Source of the DNA: Gemmatimonadales bacterium
GTDB lineage: Bacteria > Gemmatimonadota > Gemmatimonadetes > Gemmatimonadales > GWC2-71-9
Direction: 5' to 3'
DNA length: 64,000 nt
NCBI GenBank assembly: GCA_046327735.1
Contig: JAXLXZ010000012.1
Location: 68,102 to 132,101 of the forward strand
Below, piece after piece: positions 17,527-26,908 of this stretch. The position numbers and the translations under genes were made by a program. The number at the start of each line of letters is the position of its first letter. Positions within the stretch are counted from its first letter, which is position 1. The notes beneath the pieces were generated by a model. The model saw only the letters and a program-made list of their open reading frames with translations. It did no database searches and had not been told where the DNA came from.

Positions 17527-17907
17527 ATGGCTCGTGGTCGGGGTGGCTTCACGTTCATCGAGATCCTGATCGTCATGATCGTCATCGGGATCCTGGCCGG
17601 GCTCGGCTATGCCAAGCTCCAGTCCCAGAAGGAAAAGGCCGCGGTGGCCGCCATGGTCTCCGATCTCCGCGCCATCGCCGAGGAACAGGAAGCCCACTAC
17701 TTCCAGAACCGGCTCTATACCACCGATCTCGTGGCCCTCAACGCCCGCCCCACCGTGGGCGACACCATCGAGATCGTCGAGGCGACCGTCTCCGGCTGGT
17801 CCGGCCGGGTCTACAACGGCCGCACCACCAAGCAGTGCTACATCGTGGTGGGCCAGGCCACGCCGATCGGGTCCGCCACCCAGGACGGTGTGATCAGCTG
17901 CTCCTGA
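17527..17907 (+). CDS. Type IV pilin-like protein (prepilin-type N-terminal cleavage/methylation domain)
   Basis: MARGRGG|FTFIEILIVMIVIGILAGLG carries the class III signal (Gly-1, Phe+1, Glu+5). It has a C-terminal Cys pair (KQC...ISC). It starts 8 nt after the polA stop, and only the last 126 codons of ORF 15844-17907 are real. Confidence 0.85.
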   Translation: MARGRGGFTFIEILIVMIVIGILAGLGYAKLQSQKEKAAVAAMVSDLRAIAEEQEAHYFQNRLYTTDLVALNARPTVGDTIEIVEATVSGWSGRVYNGRTTKQCYIVVGQATPIGSATQDGVISCS

Positions 17908-18004
17908 CAAGCGTCCGCCCGATGTGATCCCGAACCCCCTCGCCGGGACCAGTGCCGCGCTATACTCTGGGGTGTAGCCTTCACGGCACTCCCGGAGACT
18001 CTCC

Positions 18005-20866
18005 ATGCGGCACCCCAGGCCGGCTGACTGGCGTATCCTCGCGCGCCTCGTCGCGGGCACGCTCCTCCTTTCCTGTGGCTCCCCCGAACCGACCGATCAG
18101 GGCGGCACGCCGTCCCTCGCGGCCACGATTCTCACCCCCGCCTCGGGCGCCACGTTCCAGGGGGGGAGCGCCATCCAGTACAGCGGGAAGGCCACCGACC
18201 AGGACGGCAACCAGGTCCCGGCCAGCGCGCTGAGCTGGTGGATCCTGCTCCGGGAGGGAACGCTGGTCGACACCATTCCCCTCGCCAGCGGTGCCGCCTC
18301 GGGGTCGTACAATGTTCCCGCCACCGGCTTCGCGACGGTCGACATCAGCTATCGGCTGGTGCTGGTGGCGAGCAGCGGCGGGGTCGTCGACACCGCGACC
18401 CGCGACCTCGACCCGGCCACCGTGCAGCTGACCCTGGCGAGCGTGGTGCCCGGCCGCACCCTGCTGCTCGATGGCGCGCAGCACGTCGCCCCGTTCACCA
18501 CGCCGTCGATCGTGGGCATGCAGCACCAGGTCGAGGCACCCAGCCCGCAGACCTCGGCCGACTCCACCTACACCTGGCAGAACTGGTCCGACGGCGGCGG
18601 GCGGGCCCACAGCGTCACCACGCCCGCGGCGAACGTCACCTACACCGCCACCTACACCGGCATCCAGTGGTCGCCGCCGACCGCGACGATCACATCGCCG
18701 GTGGTGGGCGCCACCTATCACGGCGGCTCCAGCATCAATTTCAGCGCGAGCGCGGTCGACCAGAACGGCGCGGCCCTCACCGGCTCAGCCCTGAGCTGGT
18801 GGGCCGATTTCCATCACGACACTCATACCCATCCCTTCCTCCCCGAGACCCAGGGCTTCTCCGGCAACGCGGTCATCCCGACCACCGGTGAGGTCTCGGC
18901 GAACGTCTTCTATCGCTTCTATTTCCGCGCGGTCGACAGCCACGGCCTCGCCGACACCGCCTTCGTGGATGTCCAGCCGGAGAAGATCCAGCTCACCGTC
19001 ACCAGCGTCCCGGTGGGACGGACCATCTCGCTCGACGGCCAGCCGCAGACCGCGCCCCACACCGTCACGGCGGTCGTGGGCATCACCCGCGCCATCGGTG
19101 CGCCGACTCCGCAGTCGAGCGTCGATTCCTCGTACGCCTTCCAGTCGTGGTCCGACGCCGGCGCCAACCCGCACAACATCAGCACCCCGGCGGTGAACAC
19201 CACCTACACCGCGACCTTCACCGCCACCGGGCCGGCCAACCAGCCTCCCACCGTCGCGCTCACCGCGCCGGCCGCGAACGCCAGCCTCACGGTGAACGTC
19301 GCCACCGCGGTCTCCGCGACGGCATCGGACGCCGATGGCACCGTGGCTCAAGTGGAGTTCTTCGATGGTGCTGCCAGCCTGGGAGTCGACAACAGCTCGC
19401 CCTACAGCGTGAACTGGACCCCCACGGTGCTGGGTCCCCACACCCTCACGGCGCGCGCCACCGACAACGGCGGCGCCACGACCACCACGGCAGGGCGCTC
19501 GGTGACGGTGGTGAGCGGCGGGGGCGGCGACACCCAGGCGCCGACGGTGACGCTGACCAACCCGACCGACGGCACTACGGGACTGACGGCCGTCATCACG
19601 GCGACCGCCAACGCGACCGACAACGTCGGCGTGGTGGGGGTCGAGTTCCAGCTCGATGGGGTGTCTGCTGGTGAGGACCTGACCGCGCCGTATAGCCTCG
19701 CGCTCCCGACGCTGGCCAACTACACCAGCGGTCCGCACCAGGTGCGCGCCCGGGCCCGCGACGCTGCGGGCAACTTCTCTCCCTGGGCGGTTGCGCGGAT
19801 CACGTCGGGCGGCTCGGTCGCGCAGCCGACGCGCTTCTCCCGCACGGCATGGATCCAGAATCTGGGCGGGACCGGAACCGCCATGGCCTTTGCCCCTGAC
19901 GGGCGTCTCTTCATCTGTGAGCAGGAGGGGAACCTGCGAGTGGTAACCGCCAACGGGACCCTCAACGCCACTCCCTTCCTCACGCTGAACGTGAACAGCC
20001 TGGGCGAGCGCGGCCTGCTCGGGGTGGCGTTCGACCCCAACTTTGCCCAGAACCATTTCGTGTACGTCTACTACACGGTGGCCACCGGCACCGTGCACAA
20101 CCGGGTCAGCCGCTTCACCGCCAACGGCGATGTGGCGGTGGCCAACAGCGAGCAGATCATCTTCGACCTGCTCCCCGCGCTCGTTGCCACCAACCACAAC
20201 GGCGGGGCGCTGCACTTCGGCCCCGATGGCAAGCTCTACGTTGCGGTCGGGGAGAATGCCGATCCGTTCATGTCACCCAGCGCCACCAGCTTCCTCGGCA
20301 AGGTGCTGCGGCTCAACCCCGATGGGTCCATCCCGGCCGACAACCCGTCGATCGGCACCGGCAACTTCAAGGCGATCTTTGCCCGCGGATTCCGCAACCC
20401 GTTCACCTTCGGGTTCCAGCCCGGTACCGGGCGCATGTTCATCAACGATGTGGGTGAGGCGGACTGGGAGGAGATCAACGAGGGTGTGGCGGGGGCCAAC
20501 TACGGCTGGCCGACGACCGAAGGGACCAGTGGCACCGGTATCACCGGTCCGCTCTTCACCTATGGCCACCCGGGGACCACACCGAATCCCTCGCTCGTCA
20601 CCGGCAACGCGATCGTCGGTTCCGCCTTCTATCCGTCGGCAGGAGGCCTCTATCCCGCGACCTACGCCGGGAACTACTTCTTCGCGGATTACGTGAGCAA
20701 CTGGATCAACCGGCTCGACCTGGCCACGGCCAACAACGCCGTCTACGCCTTTGCCCGGCTGCCGAACAACGTGACCGATCTGGCGGTGGGGTCCGACGGG
20801 AAGCTCTATGCCCTGGCCATTCAGCAGAACGGCAACTGGGGAGTGTGGCGCTTCGACTTTCAGTGA
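18005..20866 (+). CDS. Large lipoprotein: duplicated ~190-aa modules, two Ig-like domains, C-terminal PQQ-dependent (glucose/sorbosone) sugar dehydrogenase beta-propeller
   Basis: Lipobox LLLSC|GS. Modules begin ATILTPASGATFQGGSAIQYSG... and ATITSPVVGATYHGGSSINFSA..., each ending in a ...YTATYTG / YTATFTATG segment. The two Ig-like repeats carry DADGTVAQVEFFDG and DNVGVVGVEFQLDG. SGDH motifs: ERGLLGVAFDPNF, NHNGGALHFGPDGKLY, RNPFTFGF. Confidence 0.85.
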   Translation: MRHPRPADWRILARLVAGTLLLSCGSPEPTDQGGTPSLAATILTPASGATFQGGSAIQYSGKATDQDGNQVPASALSWWILLREGTLVDTIPLASGAASGSYNVPATGFATVDISYRLVLVASSGGVVDTATRDLDPATVQLTLASVVPGRTLLLDGAQHVAPFTTPSIVGMQHQVEAPSPQTSADSTYTWQNWSDGGGRAHSVTTPAANVTYTATYTGIQWSPPTATITSPVVGATYHGGSSINFSASAVDQNGAALTGSALSWWADFHHDTHTHPFLPETQGFSGNAVIPTTGEVSANVFYRFYFRAVDSHGLADTAFVDVQPEKIQLTVTSVPVGRTISLDGQPQTAPHTVTAVVGITRAIGAPTPQSSVDSSYAFQSWSDAGANPHNISTPAVNTTYTATFTATGPANQPPTVALTAPAANASLTVNVATAVSATASDADGTVAQVEFFDGAASLGVDNSSPYSVNWTPTVLGPHTLTARATDNGGATTTTAGRSVTVVSGGGGDTQAPTVTLTNPTDGTTGLTAVITATANATDNVGVVGVEFQLDGVSAGEDLTAPYSLALPTLANYTSGPHQVRARARDAAGNFSPWAVARITSGGSVAQPTRFSRTAWIQNLGGTGTAMAFAPDGRLFICEQEGNLRVVTANGTLNATPFLTLNVNSLGERGLLGVAFDPNFAQNHFVYVYYTVATGTVHNRVSRFTANGDVAVANSEQIIFDLLPALVATNHNGGALHFGPDGKLYVAVGENADPFMSPSATSFLGKVLRLNPDGSIPADNPSIGTGNFKAIFARGFRNPFTFGFQPGTGRMFINDVGEADWEEINEGVAGANYGWPTTEGTSGTGITGPLFTYGHPGTTPNPSLVTGNAIVGSAFYPSAGGLYPATYAGNYFFADYVSNWINRLDLATANNAVYAFARLPNNVTDLAVGSDGKLYALAIQQNGNWGVWRFDFQ

Positions 20867-23292
20867 CGCGGAGGTTGCCGCTCGTCGCCCCCGGTGGCCA
20901 GGCCACCGGGGGCAATGGACGGCCCCGAGGTGCGGATGTCGTCGCTCGAGGTGGTGAGGGGCAAGCCTTCCTGTGACAGACGCGGCTCGGTGCTGCGCGA
21001 GGTCCGGGCCGGGATCCGGCGCCCGCCCGGCCACCAGTTCCAGTCTCCTGCCAGGTGCATGATCGCCGGCACCAGCACCATCCGGATGATGGTCGCGTCC
21101 AGCAGCACCGCCACCGCCAGGCCGAAGCCGAGGAACTGCATCGCCAGGACTCGTGCAAAGGCGAAGACCCCGAATACCAGGATCATCACCAGCGCCGCCG
21201 AGGTGATCACCGACGCGGTCGCGGAGAGCCCCTCCTCCGTAGCCTTGTCGTTGTCGCCGGTCCGGTCGAACGCCTCCTTCACCCGGGAGAGCAGGAAGAC
21301 CTCGTAGTCCATGCTGAGGCCGAACACCACCGCGAAGACCAGCACCGGCACCACCACGAAGATCGCCGAGGTCGGGCCGGTGAGTCCGAAGAGCTGCCCC
21401 CCGAATCCGTGCTGGAACACCAGCACGATGAGCCCGAAGGTGGCGCTCACCGAGAGGGTGTTCATGATGACCGCCTTGATCGGCACCAGCACCGAGCGGA
21501 ACACGATCGCCAGCATCACGCCGGTGCAGGCCAGGATCGAGAGTACCAGGTAGGGGAACCGCTTGAGCAGCACCTCCTGCAGGTCCAGCGAGGCGGCGGT
21601 GTAACCACCCACCAGGATGCTCGCCTCCTTGAGCTGCTTGGGCGCCCGGGCCGCCAGCGCCCGCGCCTTCCGCGAGACATCCATCCCCGACGTGAGCGAC
21701 GTCGTGTCCCGCAGGATCACGTCGAGCAGTGCCACCCGGCCATCCTTGCTCAGGTAGCCATCCAGGAACGCGCCGTACTGCTTGCGCGCGTCGTCCAGGT
21801 TGCTGTAGAGGATCGAGTACTGCAGGATCGACATGCCCGGCTCGAGGTCGACGATGCTCCGCACCTGCGACACCCGCGGATCGGCCCGGAGCGAATCCGA
21901 GAGCGCCCGCAGCCCGCGCAGCCCCGTCGCCGAGATGACGGTCTGCCCTTGCGGAACCTCCACCGTCATCCGCACCGGCAGGATCAGGTTGGACACGCCC
22001 ATGTCCTCGAGCATCTGCACGCCCTGTCCCGCTTCGGTCGCGACCGGCCACCAGTTGCGCGACGGCAGTCCCACCCGGATCCAGAACACCGGCAGCGTCA
22101 GCAGCGTCACCACCGTGCCGCCCACCACCAGTGCCCGCCGGGGGTTCCGCGAGAGGCTCCGGGCCCACTTTTCCCAGGCCGTCGGCGCGTGATACCAGGT
22201 CAGCCGGCGCGCCAGCCAGCGCGGCCGGTCGATCTGTCGTCCCAGCACTGCGAGGATGGCGGGGAGCAGCGTGGTGGAGAGCGCCACCGCGACACTCACC
22301 ACCACCAGCCCGCCGATGCCCACGCTCTGGGTCTCCACCAGCGGCGTGAAGAGCAGCGCCGCAAAGCCCACGACCACCGTGAGCCCCGAGGTGAACACCG
22401 CCGCACCGGCGGTCGAGAGCGCCCGCGCCGCCGCCTGCTGCCGGCGCAGTCCGCGGTTGAGCTCCTCCCGGAAGCGCGTCACGATCAGCAGCGAATAGTC
22501 GATGCCCACCCCCAGCCCGAGCATCGTGGTCATGTTGAGCACGAAGACCGACATCGGGGTGTAGTCGGAGAGCACCACGACCACCGCGAGGGTGACCCAG
22601 ATGGCCAGGAAGCCGATGATGAGCGGGAGAACCGCCGCCACCAGCGCTCCGAAGGCCAGCAGCAGGATGCCCGCGGTGAGCGGCAGCAGCCGGATCTCGC
22701 CTCGACGGCTGTCGCTGGCCACCACCGACCGGACGTCGAGATCGAGCGCCGAGCGCCCCGTCACCCGGATCGTGGTCGTCGACGTGTCGGTGCCGGTGAC
22801 CTGGGCCGCGCGCCGGACCTCGCTGCGCAGCGGCCCCACGAAGGAGGCCACGCTGTCCCCTCGCGTGGCCTTGATCGCGGCGACGAGCAGGGTGGTGTGC
22901 CCGTCCTTGCTGAGGAAGGTCGAGTCGCCGGTGGAGCGGAAGGTGGCCGCCGTGCTGATCCACGGGAGCGCGCCCAGGCGCGCCGCCAGCGTGTCGACCA
23001 CCGGCGCCGAGTCGGCCCGGGCCCCGGGGGTCCGGACCACGATCACGAAGAAATCGTTGAGGGAACGGCTGAACCGGTCGCGGAGTACCTGCTCCGCCCG
23101 GCTGGCTTCGGTGGGTTCGCGGCTCCCGCCCCGGACGTTGAGCGCTTCCTCGACCTGGGGGGCCTTCTCCGCGGCGAAATACCCGATCGCGGCCCAGAAC
23201 AGAATGATTACCCAGCGCCAGCGGATCAGGGCACGCGCAAAGATGGATGCCACAGGGCGGAACGTCTCCGGTAAGGGCGCGGGAACGGCCAA
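20860..23292 (-). CDS. MMPL family (RND superfamily) membrane transporter
   Basis: An 810-aa protein with two blocks of ~6 TM helices, each preceded by a periplasmic loop. It has the typical GxGxDYxxL/F motifs (GLGVGIDYSLLIV, GLSMDYEVFLLSRV). Confidence 0.9.
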   Translation of the reverse strand: MAVPAPLPETFRPVASIFARALIRWRWVIILFWAAIGYFAAEKAPQVEEALNVRGGSREPTEASRAEQVLRDRFSRSLNDFFVIVVRTPGARADSAPVVDTLAARLGALPWISTAATFRSTGDSTFLSKDGHTTLLVAAIKATRGDSVASFVGPLRSEVRRAAQVTGTDTSTTTIRVTGRSALDLDVRSVVASDSRRGEIRLLPLTAGILLLAFGALVAAVLPLIIGFLAIWVTLAVVVVLSDYTPMSVFVLNMTTMLGLGVGIDYSLLIVTRFREELNRGLRRQQAAARALSTAGAAVFTSGLTVVVGFAALLFTPLVETQSVGIGGLVVVSVAVALSTTLLPAILAVLGRQIDRPRWLARRLTWYHAPTAWEKWARSLSRNPRRALVVGGTVVTLLTLPVFWIRVGLPSRNWWPVATEAGQGVQMLEDMGVSNLILPVRMTVEVPQGQTVISATGLRGLRALSDSLRADPRVSQVRSIVDLEPGMSILQYSILYSNLDDARKQYGAFLDGYLSKDGRVALLDVILRDTTSLTSGMDVSRKARALAARAPKQLKEASILVGGYTAASLDLQEVLLKRFPYLVLSILACTGVMLAIVFRSVLVPIKAVIMNTLSVSATFGLIVLVFQHGFGGQLFGLTGPTSAIFVVVPVLVFAVVFGLSMDYEVFLLSRVKEAFDRTGDNDKATEEGLSATASVITSAALVMILVFGVFAFARVLAMQFLGFGLAVAVLLDATIIRMVLVPAIMHLAGDWNWWPGGRRIPARTSRSTEPRLSQEGLPLTTSSDDIRTSGPSIAPGGLATGGDERQPPRH

Positions 23293-23364
23293 AAGTCTAG
23301 AGGGCCGCTCACGTAGCCGCCAGCCATGGCGCCGCCCCGGGGGGAACGCCGATATTGGGCCATC

Positions 23365-24174
23365 ATGGTCCGACGGCTTCTGGCGGGAATACTGGCCGCG
23401 TTGGTGGCGCTCACGGTCTTTGCGAGCCTGGGGAATCTACGTCCCGGAGCCGCCTCCGCGGGGGCGTCCCATGCACCCGGGCCTCCCGACCTGACCCTCG
23501 CGCCCGCGAAAGGCGAGCGGCAGAGTCGCGTCAGCACCGAGCTCCCCAGCGATCTGATCGCGCCGCTCGACTCGCTCACCCGGCTGACCGTGCGGCTGCG
23601 CCTCGGCAGTGAGCCCGACCGGCACTACCTCGACTCCCTCGTCGGTGGAGCTGACAGCATCGTCCGCCGCTGGACCACCGGCGCCCGCCTCGTCAACTAT
23701 GCCATCGTGCCCGGAGGAGTTCCCGGCTTTCTCCCCGAGATGGTGCACGAGGCCCGCTGGGCGATCGAGACCTGGAGCCCCGCGTCCATCGGCCTGAACC
23801 TCACCGAGGTGACCGACACGACCCAGGCGCTACTCGTCATCCGCTGGGCCGATACCCTCTCCGGCGATCGTGCCGGCTTCACCGACATCACCTGGGACCG
23901 CGCCGGGCGCATTCGCCACGCCGAGGTCTACCTCGGCACCCGCTCACCCAATACCGGCCGTCCGCTCCTCGCCGAAGCCCGCCGGGCCGTCGCGCTCCAC
24001 GAGATTGGCCACGCCCTCGGGCTTCCCCATTCCCCCGACCGCGACGACGTCATGTTCCCCGTGGCCACCGCGGTGAACCCCAGCGATCGCGACCGGTTCT
24101 CCCTCCGCCTGCTCTACGAGCTTCCCAGCGGCTGGGTCGGCGCCGGCCCCGCCAAGCCCGTACCCGGCCGGTGA
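23365..24174 (+). CDS. Matrixin-like (M10) zinc metalloprotease
   Basis: HEIGHALGLPHSPDRDDVMFP matches HExxHxxGxxH plus the Met-turn. It has an N-terminal signal/TM segment MVRRLLAGILAALVALTVFA. An alternative upstream ATG lies at 23326. Confidence 0.85.
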   Translation: MVRRLLAGILAALVALTVFASLGNLRPGAASAGASHAPGPPDLTLAPAKGERQSRVSTELPSDLIAPLDSLTRLTVRLRLGSEPDRHYLDSLVGGADSIVRRWTTGARLVNYAIVPGGVPGFLPEMVHEARWAIETWSPASIGLNLTEVTDTTQALLVIRWADTLSGDRAGFTDITWDRAGRIRHAEVYLGTRSPNTGRPLLAEARRAVALHEIGHALGLPHSPDRDDVMFPVATAVNPSDRDRFSLRLLYELPSGWVGAGPAKPVPGR

Positions 24175-25325
24175 CACGGCGTCTCGGTCTGTTGCTCGGG
24201 GTGGTATTGCTTGCTACTACCCCTTCGCTGGCCGCCACGCAGGCCTTTGCGACGGCCGATTCCATCGTCCAGTCCGGGATCCGCCGCGGCATCTACCCCG
24301 GGGCGGTCCTGCTGATCGGCAATCACGAGCGCGTGCTCCACGCCCAGGCCTTTGGCCGGTTCCAGTGGAACGCCGGACCCGCCCCCGACCCCGACGCGAC
24401 GCTCTGGGATCTGGCCTCGCTCACCAAGGTGGTGGGGACGACCCCCGCGATCATGCGGCTGGTGGAGCGGGGGAAGGTGGATCTCGATGCGCCGGTGGTG
24501 CGCTACCTGCCCCGCTTCCAGGGCAAGGGCAAGGACGCGGTAACCGTGCGCATGCTGCTCAATCACACGAGCGGATTGCGCAGTTACCTCCCGTTCTTCC
24601 AGCTCGCCCGGACCCGCGACAGCGCCATCGCCCTGCTCTACCACGAACCGCTCCGCCGCCCGCCCGGCACCCTCGCCGAGTACAGCGACCTCAACTTCCT
24701 GCTCCTCGGCCTGCTGGTCGAGGCGGTCACCGGGGAACCGCTGGAGACCGTCGTTGCCCGCGAAGTGCTGCTCCCCGCCGGGCTGATCCACAGCACCTAC
24801 CGTCCCGCCGACTCGCTCCGCACCCGCACCGCGCCCACCGGACGCTACCGCGGGCATCCGGTCTGTTGTGAGGTGAACGACCAGAACGCGGTGCGCATGG
24901 GAGGCGTGGCCGGCCACGCCGGTCTCTTCAGCACCGGCGCCGACCTCGCCCGCTACGCTCGCCTGTGGCTCAACCACGGAGCGCTCGACGGGCACCGGGT
25001 GTTCACCGCGGCGGTCGTCGACTCCTTCCTTTCCCCCGCCCAGGGCAAGGGCGACCGGCTGCTCGGCTGGGAGCGCCCCGACCCGAAGAACCGGGACGAC
25101 TCCGCCTACGGCCACCTCCTGAGCGAAACCGCATACGGCCACACCGGCTGGACCGGCACCCTGCTCTGGATCGATCCGAAGCAGGATCTCTTTCTGGTCC
25201 TGCTCACCAATCGGAGCTATGATCCCCGGGTTGGGCGCTCCATTCGCGCCCTGCGCAGCGTCCGGAATGACCTCGCCGACCAGGTGGTGCGGACGATGGC
25301 CCGGGCGGCGAAAACCGACCGCTGA
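24171..25325 (+). CDS. Serine hydrolase, beta-lactamase (class C / PBP4*-like) family
   Basis: It has the SxxK motif (ASLTKV), the YSDLNF (YxN) motif, HTG near the C-terminus, and a signal peptide. The GTG start overlaps the upstream stop (GTGA). Confidence 0.88.
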   Translation: MTRRLGLLLGVVLLATTPSLAATQAFATADSIVQSGIRRGIYPGAVLLIGNHERVLHAQAFGRFQWNAGPAPDPDATLWDLASLTKVVGTTPAIMRLVERGKVDLDAPVVRYLPRFQGKGKDAVTVRMLLNHTSGLRSYLPFFQLARTRDSAIALLYHEPLRRPPGTLAEYSDLNFLLLGLLVEAVTGEPLETVVAREVLLPAGLIHSTYRPADSLRTRTAPTGRYRGHPVCCEVNDQNAVRMGGVAGHAGLFSTGADLARYARLWLNHGALDGHRVFTAAVVDSFLSPAQGKGDRLLGWERPDPKNRDDSAYGHLLSETAYGHTGWTGTLLWIDPKQDLFLVLLTNRSYDPRVGRSIRALRSVRNDLADQVVRTMARAAKTDR

Positions 25326-25374
25326 ACTCGTCTTGCGGCGCCCCCGTCGCTAACGTTCAGGTCCGGAGGGGGTC

Positions 25375-25677
25375 ATGACGCAGACAGAAGAATCGGTTCG
25401 CAAGGCGCTACGCGGGGTCAAGGATCCCGAGCTCAACCTCAACATCATCGATATCGGCCTGATCTACGAGGTCGAGGTCGAGGAGGGTGGGGCGGTGCAC
25501 GTCCGCATGACCCTCACCTCACCCGGCTGCCCGGCCGGCGCCGAGATCGTGGGCGACGTCAAGCGCACTGTCGAGGAGCTGGAAGGGGTCACATCGTGCG
25601 ACGTGGAGATCGTCTGGGAGCCGTTCTGGACTCCCGAGCGCATGGACCCGCGGGTGCGGGCATTCCTGGGGGGCTGA
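25375..25677 (+). CDS. DUF59 / SufT-like Fe-S cluster assembly protein
   Basis: VKDPELNLNIIDIGLIYEV and MTLTSPGCPAG are hallmark DUF59 (MIP18/SufT/PaaD-like) motifs. Confidence 0.88.
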   Translation: MTQTEESVRKALRGVKDPELNLNIIDIGLIYEVEVEEGGAVHVRMTLTSPGCPAGAEIVGDVKRTVEELEGVTSCDVEIVWEPFWTPERMDPRVRAFLGG

Positions 25678-25679
25678 AC

Positions 25680-26843
25680 CTACGGCTGTGTCACCGCCAC
25701 CAGCTCCGCTCCCAGGACCTCGCGCTGCCAGCGGCGCATGTCGGGAATCGCGCTGAGGTCGGCCGGCGCTGAGGGCATCAGCCGGGCAACGGCCTCGAGG
25801 AGGCCGTTCGGGCACAGGACCCCCGGGGCGAGATCGATCCGCTCCGCCACCGCATTTCTCACCTGCTTGAGCCGCTCCAGTCGCGCATCGAACGCCAGGT
25901 CCGGGGGCGGCCGCTTCCCCCGCTCGAACACCGGCAGGCTGCTTGCCGGCGCGCGGACGCCGCGTGCCACCGCCTCCAGCAGCTCTGCTCCCCGCCGCCG
26001 CAGTTGTTCCGGCGACAGCGCCTTGAGTTCGCGGAGCGCCACCTGGTCCGCCGGCATCGCCTTGGCGATCGAGAGCATCGCCTCGTTCTGGAGAATGCGG
26101 AACGGCGCGCGGTCCAGCTGGCTGGCCGCCTGTTCCCGCCACGCAAAGAGCTCCCGCAGCACCGCGAGCTGATGCCCCCGGAGGGTTCGCGCTCCCTTGA
26201 GCCGCAGGTACGCCTCTTCCGGGGGCCCGGCCGGGGTCCACCGCACTTCGCAGAGCAGCGCGAACTCTTCCTCCGCCCAGCTCCACCGCCCCATCGTCAC
26301 CAGCCGCTCCTGGAGAATGTCGCGCAGGCGGGGCAGGTACCGGGTGTCGTCGGCGGCGTAGGCCAGCATCTCCGGTGTGAGCGGGCGCACCGACCAGTCG
26401 GCCCGCTGGTATTTCTTGTCGAGGGTGACCCCGAGATACTTCTCGAGCAGCGCGGCCAGGCCGATGCCGGGTTCGTTGAGCAGCTGTGCGGCGATGCGGG
26501 TGTCGAACAGCCGGTTGGCGTGGAAGCCGTAGTCCCGGTCGAGGATCCGGAGGTCGTAGTCGGCGTCGTGAAAGACCACCTCGACCCCCGGATGCTCGAG
26601 GAGCTGCCCCAGCCGGGAGAGATCGGCCACCGCGAGCGGGTCGACCACGGCGGTGACCTCGCGGGTGGAGAGCTGGATCAGGTACACCCGGTCGCGGTAG
26701 CGGTGAAAGCTCGCCGCCTCCGTATCCACCGCGAGGAGTGGCACGCCGGCCAGGGAGGCCACGAAGGCGTCGAAGTCGGTTTGCCGCTCGAGGTACTGGT
26801 GCGTCACGCTGGCTGAGGTTCCCGCAAGAAAGGTGGACTCCAA
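25680..26843 (-). CDS. rnd: Ribonuclease D (DEDDy 3'-5' exonuclease plus HRDC domain)
   Basis: LAVDTEAASFHRY, FHDADYDL, YAADDTRYL (the exo I-III motifs), followed by an HRDC-like region. The start may be GTG 26807 rather than ATG 26843. Confidence 0.88.
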   Translation of the reverse strand: MESTFLAGTSASVTHQYLERQTDFDAFVASLAGVPLLAVDTEAASFHRYRDRVYLIQLSTREVTAVVDPLAVADLSRLGQLLEHPGVEVVFHDADYDLRILDRDYGFHANRLFDTRIAAQLLNEPGIGLAALLEKYLGVTLDKKYQRADWSVRPLTPEMLAYAADDTRYLPRLRDILQERLVTMGRWSWAEEEFALLCEVRWTPAGPPEEAYLRLKGARTLRGHQLAVLRELFAWREQAASQLDRAPFRILQNEAMLSIAKAMPADQVALRELKALSPEQLRRRGAELLEAVARGVRAPASSLPVFERGKRPPPDLAFDARLERLKQVRNAVAERIDLAPGVLCPNGLLEAVARLMPSAPADLSAIPDMRRWQREVLGAELVAVTQP

Positions 26844-26908
26844 TCTACTCTGGTCAGGCGCGTCCGGGCCCCTCGTCGCTTCCGCTCCTCGAGCGGCTCC
26901 CCCGGCCG

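Noticed and set aside
15844-17907. 687-aa plus-strand ORF overlapping polA
   Set aside because: It is out of frame with polA and Arg/Pro-rich. Only the last 126 codons, from ATG 17527 after the polA stop, form a credible pilin-like protein.
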